Origin: Gemmatimonadales bacterium
GTDB taxonomy: Bacteria; Gemmatimonadota; Gemmatimonadetes; Gemmatimonadales; GWC2-71-9
Direction: 5' to 3'
Assembly: GCA_041577295.1 (NCBI GenBank)
Contig: JBFGJG010000001.1
Span: forward strand, 32,001-96,000
Length of the DNA: 64,000 nt
Shown: positions 47,385 to 57,605 of the stretch, piece after piece
How the letters are laid out: every line of letters starts with the position of its first letter
Numbering within the stretch: position 1 is the stretch's first letter
Position numbers and translations under genes: made by a program
The notes under the pieces: model-generated
The model's input: the letters and a program-made list of their open reading frames with translations, nothing else
Database searches by the model: none
What the model was told of the DNA's origin: nothing

Positions 47385-48944
47385 ATGCGTACCTTCATAC
47401 GTTTTGTCGCTGCTCAGGCGGTCCTTTTCAGCAGCGTGCTCCTCGTCGCATCCGCTTGCACCGATGAGAAGATTATCGAGGTAGAGCGGACGGTCTTCAA
47501 TGCTCCACCGGACGCGTCGAGCGGGTTCCTGGGATACTTTGACGCTAGCCAGAAGCTCACTACCTGTGGCAACTGCCATGTAGGGAAGCAGGGTGACTGG
47601 GAAACCACCGCCCATGCGGGGGCGGTTCAGACCCTCCAAGCGGTTGACGCTCGGGACTTCTGCTACAACTGCCATACGGTCAACGAGCGCGGCAACAGCG
47701 AAATTGATCCGTCGGGATGGAGCATCGTGCAGGACACGAGTTACTATGACGTGCAGTGCGAGTCCTGTCATGGACCGGGGCTCCAACACGTGGAGAATCC
47801 GGACGCGCTCCAGCCGCTCGCGACGATTGTGGCCGACACCGGCGCCACTACCGGGTGCGGAGAGTGCCATTCGGGCACCCATCATCCCTTCGTAGATCAG
47901 TGGCTCCAGTCGCGACACGGGTCCACACCGGCCTGGGACGGGAGTGCTTCCACCACCACCAACTCTCGTTGCATGCCGTGCCACGAGGGCAAGACCGCCA
48001 TCGCGGTCAAGTTCGACAACTCGGCGAACTACCTTGAAAAGGACGACGCAACCCCGCAGCCGCTCTCGTGTGCTGTTTGTCACGACCCCCACGGCTCGCC
48101 GAACGACGCGCAGCTACGCGCGCCGATCGACGTCGCCTCGGCGGATCACCTGTGCGTGCGGTGCCACGCTCGGCGAGGCACTCCGCCGTCCTCGCATGGT
48201 CCACACGCTCCCCAGGGGCTTCTCGTGCTCGGAGAGAACGTAGGGTGGATTCCCCCAGCGTTTGCATACGACACGGCGACGATCATCGGCACGCACGGAT
48301 CCGAGGCAAATCCAAAGCTTTGCGCGACATGCCACGTACCACGATTCACCGTGACCGATCCGGAGACCGGTGACTTCGTCTTCGAGAGCGTTGGTCACCT
48401 GTTCGAGGCAATCGCCTGCCTCGATGCGGAGGGCTTACCGACGACGGGGCCCTGCACAGTATCGGAAAGGGACTTCCGCGCCTGCAGCGCGTCCGGCTGC
48501 CATGGTTCCGAGACTGCGGCCCGATCGGCGTACACCGTTGTGGTGGGACGCCTCGAACGCCTCCTGGATGACCTCTGGTTCGACACCGATGGTAACGGGA
48601 TCATGGATGTCACAGACGGCGGGGTGCTTCCGCAAGTTGTTGCTCAGGGTGACACGGCGGAGCTGAACGTTGATGATGACGTCGTGACGGTCGCGGAGGG
48701 CGCACTATGGAATGCGATGCTTGCCTTTACCGATAGCCGACCGTGGTTTGGTGACGGCGAAGCGTTCGGCATTCACTTCTCGGCCCATAAGGGCAGTGGC
48801 AACGGCGTACACAACCCATTCCTCCTGGAGGCACTGCTCAGCGCCTCGATCGACGCGGTAGTCGACGAGTATGGCGTCACACCGAGTGCGCAGTATGATC
48901 CAACGATGCTGGCGACGCCCCCGCCGGGTCTGGTAGTCTGGTAA
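47385..48944 (+). CDS. Multiheme c-type cytochrome lipoprotein (8 CxxCH + 1 CX4CH), paralog B
   Basis: Lipobox ASAC; same motif order as paralog A (CGNCHVGK, DVQCESCHGPGL, GCGECH, CHDPH, PH.PQG.L.LG, CATCHV, VHNPF). Confidence 0.93.
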   Translation: MRTFIRFVAAQAVLFSSVLLVASACTDEKIIEVERTVFNAPPDASSGFLGYFDASQKLTTCGNCHVGKQGDWETTAHAGAVQTLQAVDARDFCYNCHTVNERGNSEIDPSGWSIVQDTSYYDVQCESCHGPGLQHVENPDALQPLATIVADTGATTGCGECHSGTHHPFVDQWLQSRHGSTPAWDGSASTTTNSRCMPCHEGKTAIAVKFDNSANYLEKDDATPQPLSCAVCHDPHGSPNDAQLRAPIDVASADHLCVRCHARRGTPPSSHGPHAPQGLLVLGENVGWIPPAFAYDTATIIGTHGSEANPKLCATCHVPRFTVTDPETGDFVFESVGHLFEAIACLDAEGLPTTGPCTVSERDFRACSASGCHGSETAARSAYTVVVGRLERLLDDLWFDTDGNGIMDVTDGGVLPQVVAQGDTAELNVDDDVVTVAEGALWNAMLAFTDSRPWFGDGEAFGIHFSAHKGSGNGVHNPFLLEALLSASIDAVVDEYGVTPSAQYDPTMLATPPPGLVVW

Positions 48945-48973
48945 GGCGCTGAAAAGGGATTGCAACGGAGGAA

Positions 48974-49007
48974 GAACGGCGGGACCGCAAGCGCGGCCCC
49001 GCCGTTT
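48974..49007. terminator. Hairpin between convergent genes (likely bidirectional terminator)
   Basis: gaacggcgggaccgc-aagc-gcggccccgccgttt. Confidence 0.65.
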
Positions 49008-49034
49008 CGCTGTCCATACGTTCCGTGGGTAGAG

Positions 49035-50204
49035 CTAGACCAACGGCACCAGCTCGTCCTCCAAGACCTCCGCGGTCCGCGGCTCCCACGCCTGGACCAT
49101 CTGCGTGAACGCGTGCGCCAGCTCTCCATCGAACTCGTAGCCCGACCGCTCCTCGAGGTACGCGAGGATTTTGTCGGACGGCCACGCGCCGCGGTAGGGA
49201 CGGCGGGTTCGCAGGGCATCGTACACATCGCACACGTGCACGAGCTTTGATGCGTAGTGGCAGTCGCGTGGGAATTGCATCACTGGGTAGCCACCGCCGT
49301 TGATCATGATGTGATGCTCGTACGCGACCACGGCGGCGACCTCGAGGTCGGGCTCGGAACGGGAGATGATACGGGCGCCGTGTGCGGGGTGGCTGTTCAT
49401 CAGCTTGCGCTCGCTCGGAGCCAGCTTACCGGATTTGGTGAGCACCTCACGCGGAATCTTCACCTTTCCCAAATCGTGCAGCAAGCCAGCGATGCCAAAG
49501 GCACGCGCGTCCTGCGCACCGAGACCGATCCACTCTGCAAGCGCCATGGCCAGCACGCACACGTTGAGCGCATGGGTGGTCGTGTACTCGTCATAATTGC
49601 GCAACCGCAAGAGCGGGATGACGACCTCCCTATCGCCCTGGATGGTCACCGCCAGACTCCGCACAACAGCCTCCGCCTCGAGCAGTGGGAGCTCACGCTC
49701 GCTCGCGATTTCCTCGTGCAGCCAGCGAATGGCGGCTGCCTCCTCGCCGAGCGTGAAGGCAATCGTCGCGTCCAACACCTCCGGCTCCTCGGAATCGCCC
49801 TCCTCGCCTGTCCCAATGCGTCCATAGCGGATGGCGCCGATCCGCATCTGCCGAGCCTCGGTCGTATCGACGGCTTTGAGATTTAGCCGGGCCAACACTT
49901 CGTCGAGGAGCTCTTCGAGTTCCGATCGTGTTGCGCGACCGTCGATTTCCAGACGCTGAATGCCGATCCCGGCGAGCCGCTTGCCCCATTCCCACTCTTT
50001 CAGCTCCTTGAGCGGATGAGACCGAAATACGACCTCATCGCCGAGAAACAGAAACACCGCGGGCGCGTGCTCCGCGAGCAACTCTTCGAGACGCTCAAAC
50101 AGCTTGTCGAGCGCGAGCTCTCGCGAACGGTGCCCTTCGGGATACAGCGTGAGCGCGGATAGGGTGTGTCCAACCGCGTTGAGGAAGTTCGCGGCGGTCG
50201 ACAT
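49035..50204 (-). CDS. HD-GYP domain protein (putative cyclic-dinucleotide phosphodiesterase)
   Basis: DEYTTTH, LLHDLGK, HHIMINGGGYP (variant of HHExxxGxGYP), CDVYDALRTRRPYR. Confidence 0.88.
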   Translation of the reverse strand: MSTAANFLNAVGHTLSALTLYPEGHRSRELALDKLFERLEELLAEHAPAVFLFLGDEVVFRSHPLKELKEWEWGKRLAGIGIQRLEIDGRATRSELEELLDEVLARLNLKAVDTTEARQMRIGAIRYGRIGTGEEGDSEEPEVLDATIAFTLGEEAAAIRWLHEEIASERELPLLEAEAVVRSLAVTIQGDREVVIPLLRLRNYDEYTTTHALNVCVLAMALAEWIGLGAQDARAFGIAGLLHDLGKVKIPREVLTKSGKLAPSERKLMNSHPAHGARIISRSEPDLEVAAVVAYEHHIMINGGGYPVMQFPRDCHYASKLVHVCDVYDALRTRRPYRGAWPSDKILAYLEERSGYEFDGELAHAFTQMVQAWEPRTAEVLEDELVPLV

Positions 50205-52291
50205 TAGGCGCCGTTCCCTGGGCTCACGCTCGCGGCGCGTACAATATCCGGGTCGGGCGAACGTGCCGCGGCGGCGAGGGCCTTTTGCGCGCCTGGGTGA
50301 TCGGCAAACCGATGGAGCGCTTCGAGGGCGGCCAGGTACTCCGGTGACTTGGGTCGTCGTGTCCGAAAGAACCCGCGCCGCGGCCGCGCGAGTTCGAGTA
50401 GAGTTTCGAGCGCGCTTCGCTGGCGGCTGTTGCCCAGCGCCCTGATGGCCAGGACACGAAGGTCCTCGGGAGTCTCGGGACTCGTTCGCGCCACGATGAG
50501 CGAGAGAGCCGCGTCGGGACAGTGTTCGAGAGCCGCATTCAACCCGAGGCGAACCGTGCGGGGGTCCTCGTCCGCGAGCGCGTGACAGACCGCACGCTCG
50601 CGAGTGTCGGGGTCGATCATCATGATGCGCAACGCTTCACGCCGAACCCGAGGATCGCGGTTGTGAATGAAGTCCGCAGGATGAAACCCTTCGGGTCGCT
50701 CGCGGAGTGAGCCGAGGATGACGAGCATGTTGCGCTGCACGAACCACCTCGGATCGCTGAGCCGTGCCATCGCCAACGGGCCAACCTCAGGACCGATTTG
50801 TCCCAAACGGTCGAGCAGTAGACGGCGAGTACGCCCCGAATCTGCCTCAGCCAGCGCTTCGATCATGTTGTTGGCCGCAGCTTGTCCCATTCGGGGGAGG
50901 ATGCGGTCGAGCGCCTCGACGTCGAGTCGGTCAGCAATCAGCAAGCGCTCCAACGTATCGGCACTCGCCACCAGTTCCTCGATTGCGCGCAGTGCGTCGG
51001 TCGGTCGTAGACTCGAGCCTTCCGCCTCGTCGAGCGTACTCAAGAGCCACGCGAGGTCTCCCTCGTCGAGCAGTCGGTGCACGGCCCGGGTGACCAGCTC
51101 ACCGGGGGCATCTGCCTCGAGGGCCATCTGGACGATGCGTCTCGGCTCGACCTGGAAGCGCTGATCGGGTGACACCGCAAACAGCGGTTCCACCGCAGCC
51201 ATCGTCTGTAACGCCTCCCGGTACGCGTCTGGGTTGGGATCGCTCAACGTCCAGTGACGGATGAGCTCTGACACCTGCTCGCGAATGGCGAGGTCGGCTT
51301 CGGTGCGTCGGCGATCGTTCCCGGACTCAGCGTATCGGGCGAGCTTTTGCAGCATGCGCAAGAGCGATTGCGACGCCACCTGGCCGTGCGCCTCCTCGGT
51401 CGCGGCGTGCACGAGATCGATCACCGCGTCGATGGCGAGGGTATGGGACGCGTCGAGCACGAACTGTCGGTTTTGCACCTGATCGCCACCCATGGCGAGC
51501 AGCGTCCCCAACGTCTTGCGATCCAGCCCGGCGATCAGCTGCGACATGCGACGACGTAAGGAGAGGGCTTCCTGGCCCTCCGACATGCGTAACTCTTCGG
51601 CGAGCTGCAACATGTATCCCACGATCACTTGATCGTATGCGGACCCTCGCTGGTGCTCGTCGATTGCGCGGGCGACGACCGACGGTTCTGCGGCTGCTGC
51701 TTGGTCTTCCTCGATGGCCGTGTCCGCGCTCGCAAGCGCGGCCTGTGCCATACCGATCCACAATTGCTCGGCGCGGGATATCCGCGCTTGTATCTCACCC
51801 GTTTCGTCGCTGAACTGCAGCCGGTCATACGACAACGGGTGAACCCGAATGTTGAACCAAGAAGGGGGTGAGGTCTCACACGACGGGCCGAGCGGCTCGC
51901 CACTCCGCTCCGGATCCACCGCCACCGTGTTGAGGAATTCCCGTAACTCATCGAGGGTTACACCGCGGCGGAACGTGACGGCACCGAGCTGGTGGCGATG
52001 CAGCCGCGAGGCGAGATCCTTCAGGACCGGGTTGCGCGAATCGGTGGCGACTCCCTCAATGACGAGGCGTGAGCGCGCGACCCCCAGGGAAATGCTGCTG
52101 CGGTCTGCGAGGAGCTCGGTGAGTCGGTTTCCGACCCGTAAACACGCCGGCTGAAGGGACGGGTGCCCGTCCGGATACATCGCGTGGCGGTGGAGGGCGA
52201 TCGAGAACTCGATGAGGAAGTCACCGAGCTGTCGGGATAGCGCTGCGCGCTCGGCGCGCGGGGGGGCCGTCACATCCGTCGATGGGTTCAA
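50204..52291 (-). CDS. HEAT-repeat protein paired with the HD-GYP gene
   Basis: N-terminal YPDGHP domain shared with the HD-GYP protein (YPEGHR); DPRWFVQRN, DPRVRREAL repeats; 1-bp overlap. Confidence 0.8.
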   Translation of the reverse strand: MNPSTDVTAPPRAERAALSRQLGDFLIEFSIALHRHAMYPDGHPSLQPACLRVGNRLTELLADRSSISLGVARSRLVIEGVATDSRNPVLKDLASRLHRHQLGAVTFRRGVTLDELREFLNTVAVDPERSGEPLGPSCETSPPSWFNIRVHPLSYDRLQFSDETGEIQARISRAEQLWIGMAQAALASADTAIEEDQAAAAEPSVVARAIDEHQRGSAYDQVIVGYMLQLAEELRMSEGQEALSLRRRMSQLIAGLDRKTLGTLLAMGGDQVQNRQFVLDASHTLAIDAVIDLVHAATEEAHGQVASQSLLRMLQKLARYAESGNDRRRTEADLAIREQVSELIRHWTLSDPNPDAYREALQTMAAVEPLFAVSPDQRFQVEPRRIVQMALEADAPGELVTRAVHRLLDEGDLAWLLSTLDEAEGSSLRPTDALRAIEELVASADTLERLLIADRLDVEALDRILPRMGQAAANNMIEALAEADSGRTRRLLLDRLGQIGPEVGPLAMARLSDPRWFVQRNMLVILGSLRERPEGFHPADFIHNRDPRVRREALRIMMIDPDTRERAVCHALADEDPRTVRLGLNAALEHCPDAALSLIVARTSPETPEDLRVLAIRALGNSRQRSALETLLELARPRRGFFRTRRPKSPEYLAALEALHRFADHPGAQKALAAAARSPDPDIVRAASVSPGNGA

Positions 52292-52333
52292 CGGTTCGGC
52301 GCTCCAAGAATCGGTAAAGTGAGCCGCGTGCCG

Positions 52334-52717
52334 TTAGCCACCGGCTTTCGTTCGCATCGCCGGTGGTTTTGGGAGGGGCACGCCTGCCGGTCGTGGTGTG
52401 GGAGGGCCGATTCGCACCATCGAGATCGGCTCCTCCAAATCGCCACCGGAGAACGTGAGCGTGTCGCCTTGCAGAAGGTAGTTGTAGCCAACCCATTCGT
52501 CGCCGAAAGCGATGAACATCGTGTCGGCCACCATGCGCCACCGGACGGTCTCATCGCCAAAGCTCGCGGAAGAGTCGGGGCGCACCACCAAGCTCTGAGG
52601 CCCGTCCGGCGTCTCCACCTGCCAGGTGCCAGCCACAGGCGGCCCGGATTGGCCGCCGACGGGCGCCGCGACGATCGTAAGAACCAGGATGGACAAGAGT
52701 AGCCGACGTAACGTCAT
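52334..52717 (-). CDS. Hypothetical exported protein
   Basis: Signal peptide, VAGTW beta-rich domain, Pro-rich tail. Confidence 0.6.
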   Translation of the reverse strand: MTLRRLLLSILVLTIVAAPVGGQSGPPVAGTWQVETPDGPQSLVVRPDSSASFGDETVRWRMVADTMFIAFGDEWVGYNYLLQGDTLTFSGGDLEEPISMVRIGPPTPRPAGVPLPKPPAMRTKAGG

Positions 52718-52800
52718 GGCAGGAAATTAGTAAGCCCGCCGACACCGCGCCACGGGATTGTGGCCGACAACGGTCCTTGCTGCAGGCAAAGGAGTCCTTC

Positions 52801-53799
52801 ATGCGCGTTCCGATCATGCTGCTGATCCCCGGGCTGGCCGGCCTGGTTTCCCCCGCCCCGGCTCAGACGGCCCCACGACCCGTGCATACCTACTCGATCG
52901 TGGCATGGGATTCAGTGACGGGTGACCTGGGAGTTGCTGTCCAATCCCATTGGTTTAGCGTCGGAAGCGTGGTGCCCTGGCTCGAGCCCGGGGTGGGAGC
53001 GGTCGCGACCCAGTCGTTTGTCGAGCCGGCGTACGGACCGCGGGCTCTGGCGCTCTTACGCACGGGGATCCCTGCGCCGGAAGTCCTCGCGGCCTTGCTC
53101 CGCGCGGACCCGGACAGCCAGGTACGGCAGGTTGCCGTGATCGACGCCCAGGGACGCGTGGCTGCGCACACTGGCTCACGCAACATCCCCGCTGCGGGCC
53201 ACCATCTCGGTGTGGGATACTCCGTTCAGGCCAACCTCATGCGGAACGACGCGGTGTGGCCTGCCATGGCACGCGTCTTCGAGACGGCCGGTGGAGATTT
53301 GGCCGATCGTCTTCTCGCCGCGCTCGAGGTGGCAGAGGCACACGGAGGCGATATCCGAGGTCAGCAGTCGGCGGCGCTCGTCGTCGTGAGCGGCAACGCG
53401 AGTCCTCGTCCCTGGGAGCGGATCTTTGATCTACGGGTCGAGGATTCTCCGGATCCCCTCGGCGAGCTACGGCGGTTGTTGCGGGTCGCTCGCGCGTATC
53501 GTGCGGCGATAGAGGGAGACAGCTACGTGACGGCTGGGTTGATCGACTCGGCACTCGCGGCCTACGGGCGGGCGGCAAGGATGCTACCGGACAGCGCAAC
53601 CAACGGCGAACTCGTCTACTGGCAGGCAGTCACGCTCACCGATCTGGGCCGAATCCGAGATGCTGAACCGCTCTTTGCACGCGCGTTCGCTCAGGACCCG
53701 AGTTGGGCCGAGCTGTTGAGGCGACTGCCAGCTGTTGGACTGCTGCGTGCTGACTCCGCCACGATTGAGCGGATCATTGGCACGGCAATGCCGAGGTGA
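52801..53799 (+). CDS. DUF1028 (Ntn-hydrolase-like) exported protein with TPR-like C-terminus
   Basis: HTYSIVA.D..TGDLGVAVQS, GAVATQS, GGDIRGQQSAAL, DLRVEDSPDPLGELRRL. Confidence 0.85.
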   Translation: MRVPIMLLIPGLAGLVSPAPAQTAPRPVHTYSIVAWDSVTGDLGVAVQSHWFSVGSVVPWLEPGVGAVATQSFVEPAYGPRALALLRTGIPAPEVLAALLRADPDSQVRQVAVIDAQGRVAAHTGSRNIPAAGHHLGVGYSVQANLMRNDAVWPAMARVFETAGGDLADRLLAALEVAEAHGGDIRGQQSAALVVVSGNASPRPWERIFDLRVEDSPDPLGELRRLLRVARAYRAAIEGDSYVTAGLIDSALAAYGRAARMLPDSATNGELVYWQAVTLTDLGRIRDAEPLFARAFAQDPSWAELLRRLPAVGLLRADSATIERIIGTAMPR

Positions 53800-53800
53800 C

Positions 53801-53826
53801 ATGCCGGGGCCCTCCGGCCCCGGCAT
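53801..53826. terminator. Perfect 11-bp hairpin between convergent genes
   Basis: atgccggggcc-ctcc-ggccccggcat. Confidence 0.6.
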
Positions 53827-53836
53827 CTAAGCTGCG

Positions 53837-55003
53837 CTAGAGTGATCGGAGAAATTCGAGGAGCGCAGTTCTCTCAGCGTCGGTAAGTGCTTGGAACAGA
53901 GCTCGGGAGCCATCGGCTTCGCCGCCGTGTAGCTCGATAGCACCCTGGATGGTCGTTGCGCGACCGTCATGCAAAAACCGATTCATGTGCCGTAAACCCA
54001 TCAGCGGCTCGGTACGAAACTCGGCCGGCTGGGCATCGAGGCCGAGACACATGTCCGCGAGCTCGGGTCCCATGTCGTGCAATAGCAGGTCGGTGTAGGC
54101 TGATACCTCTTTGTTCGACAGGGCGCTGACCGGGTGATCTCCCGTCCTAAGCGTCGGGATATGGCACTTGGCGCACCCCACCCGTTCAAACACATCCCGG
54201 CCCCGCTCTCCTACGGTCGTGAGGTCGCGTGGCGCGGGCGGGGCCGAGAATCGAACGAACGCGTCGGCCAGACCGATGTCGGAAGCGATGATCTCGGGAT
54301 CGGCTGCGGGATCGACGCCAGCGGGTAGCGGATCGCCGGCTACGGTGTTCTCCTCGGGTGCGTTTGGTGTGGTGATGCCCTGCTCCAAGAGGAACGCGCC
54401 CTCGTTGAACTCAAGCAGCGTCGGTACTAGCGCCTTCCTACCGAAGCGGCCAATGCGCCCGTCAAAGAAGCGATTCGGACGACCCGAGATGCCGTCTCCA
54501 TCGCTGTCGTCAGGATCCGAAAGCGCGAGGATCGTAGCCTCCGGGATGGCGTCGAGCAGCCCGAATCCAAACACGTCCGGAGTGGTGCGGATCCCAGAGT
54601 CGGTCGCTTCGGGCGGCAACGGCTCCCGATCGATGCCGAGGGCTTGGCGGAGAGCATCGGTAACGAGCCGCTGATACACCGGGCCGCCCTTGTCAGCCAA
54701 GGGATCGCAAAAGCCGTTCGGCAGCAAGGCACTCGCGTGGATCTCGCTGATGGCACCGGCGCCACCACGCGCCGGAGCATTGTGGCACGCAATGCAACCC
54801 GCGGCGTTGAACAACGGCCCCACCCCGGTCGCCGCCGTGAATATCGTGTCGAACCACACCTTACCGGCCTCGAAACGCCCACGCTCCGCAGCCGTCAGGC
54901 CTCGCAACGGATCGCCCGGTTCAGGCGTTTTGGGACAGGCCCCCACCACGACGGCGGCGATCCCAAGCAGGGTCATCCGCCACAGCGTTCCCCGCCCGTT
55001 CAT
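53837..55003 (-). CDS. Di-heme oxidoreductase family (DHOR/DUF1111-like) lipoprotein
   Basis: Lipobox VGAC; GPLFN..GCIACH, DPDDSDGDGISGR, GRFGRKA, GCAKCH, YTDLLLHDMG, FLHDGRA. Confidence 0.88.
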   Translation of the reverse strand: MNGRGTLWRMTLLGIAAVVVGACPKTPEPGDPLRGLTAAERGRFEAGKVWFDTIFTAATGVGPLFNAAGCIACHNAPARGGAGAISEIHASALLPNGFCDPLADKGGPVYQRLVTDALRQALGIDREPLPPEATDSGIRTTPDVFGFGLLDAIPEATILALSDPDDSDGDGISGRPNRFFDGRIGRFGRKALVPTLLEFNEGAFLLEQGITTPNAPEENTVAGDPLPAGVDPAADPEIIASDIGLADAFVRFSAPPAPRDLTTVGERGRDVFERVGCAKCHIPTLRTGDHPVSALSNKEVSAYTDLLLHDMGPELADMCLGLDAQPAEFRTEPLMGLRHMNRFLHDGRATTIQGAIELHGGEADGSRALFQALTDAERTALLEFLRSL

Positions 55004-55353
55004 CGTCGGCCTCCCGTGCGTTGGAGGACCTCAATGCGGTGTGCGATCATCTCACTCCCACGGGTAACGTATTCAACGAGAACGACCTGCCCTTGCTGGA
55101 TCTCGTGAAAGGTGGCGTCGCGTCCGGCCATGCGGATCTCGCAATCTTCATCGACATCGAGCTTCACGACGCGCAGCGCCAGTGAAATACCGGTGATGGT
55201 CTCCAGGGTCATCGGGGTGGCTTTCACGTCCTTGACCGTTCCCATCACGGTGTCAGTCTGGGCCTCCAGTTCAGCGGTTGGGGAAACCGTCGGGGCCAGA
55301 AGCGTCAAAGAGATGACGAGACTAGCGATGAACCACGAGCAACGGATGAACAT
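55000..55353 (-). CDS. Hypothetical exported protein (OB-fold/DUF5666-like)
   Basis: Signal peptide; EIQQGQVVLVEY...AHRIEV; overlaps the DHOR start. Confidence 0.55.
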   Translation of the reverse strand: MFIRCSWFIASLVISLTLLAPTVSPTAELEAQTDTVMGTVKDVKATPMTLETITGISLALRVVKLDVDEDCEIRMAGRDATFHEIQQGQVVLVEYVTRGSEMIAHRIEVLQRTGGRR

Positions 55354-55456
55354 GTGCACCCCCTTCGAACAGCGCCGTGGGCCGAGTCGAGTGGCTTCAA
55401 GATAGGGATTTGCAGGAAGATGGGACAGAGTAACGATGAAGGGGTCCATGAAGCGA

Positions 55457-55484
55457 AACGCCCCGGGGGTGACCCCGGGGCGTT
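55457..55484 (-). terminator. groEL terminator hairpin
   Basis: aacgccccgggg-gtga-ccccggggcgtt, about 22 nt after the groEL stop. Confidence 0.7.
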
Positions 55485-55506
55485 CCACAAACACAGCGGA
55501 GGTGGT

Positions 55507-57162
<1,656 letters not shown>

Positions 57163-57166
57163 TTAC

Positions 57167-57481
57167 CTACTCGATGACAGCCAGAACGTCGGCTTCCTTG
57201 ATGATGAGCAGTTCGCTATCATCCACGTTTACTTCGGTACCGCTGTACTTCCCGTACAACACGCGCTGACCAACCTTGAGCTCCATCGGGATCCGCTCGC
57301 CCTTCTCGAAGCGGCCCGGACCCACCGCGATGATCTCGCCCTGCTGGGGCTTCTCCTTCGCCGTGTCCGGGATGTAGAGCCCGCCGCGCATGGTCTCCGT
57401 CTCCTCGAGGGGACGAATCACCACGCGATCGGCCAGCGGCTGGACCTTGACCTTGGACTTGCCCTTGGTAGCTGTGGCCAT
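57167..57481 (-). CDS. groS: Co-chaperonin GroES
   Basis: PLADRVVI, GGLYIPDTAKEKPQQG, YGKYSGTEV. Confidence 0.98.
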   Translation of the reverse strand: MATATKGKSKVKVQPLADRVVIRPLEETETMRGGLYIPDTAKEKPQQGEIIAVGPGRFEKGERIPMELKVGQRVLYGKYSGTEVNVDDSELLIIKEADVLAVIE

Positions 57482-57535
57482 GCGTACAGCCCTCCGATGC
57501 GTCGTAAGATATTGTTGTTCGATGACTTGACGAGA

Positions 57536-57562
57536 TTAGCACTCGTAGATGGCGAGTGCTAA
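57536..57562. promoter_or_regulatory. CIRCE element (HrcA operator)
   Basis: Exact TTAGCACTC-N9-GAGTGCTAA upstream of groES. Confidence 0.97.
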
Positions 57563-57570
57563 CGGATTGA

Positions 57571-57598
57571 AAAATAGAGTGCCCAACCTGCGTGTCAA
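57571..57598 (-). promoter_or_regulatory. Sigma70-type promoter of groESL
   Basis: Minus strand TTGACA-16 nt-TATTTT just upstream of CIRCE. Confidence 0.7.
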
Positions 57599-57605
57599 GG
57601 GCTCA

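Noticed and set aside
38947..48944. Calling the multihemes NrfA, HAO, MtrA/MtrB or OmcS orthologs
   Set aside because: No CxxCK motif; heme counts and barrel length (489 aa) do not fit those families, and orthology cannot be shown without searches.
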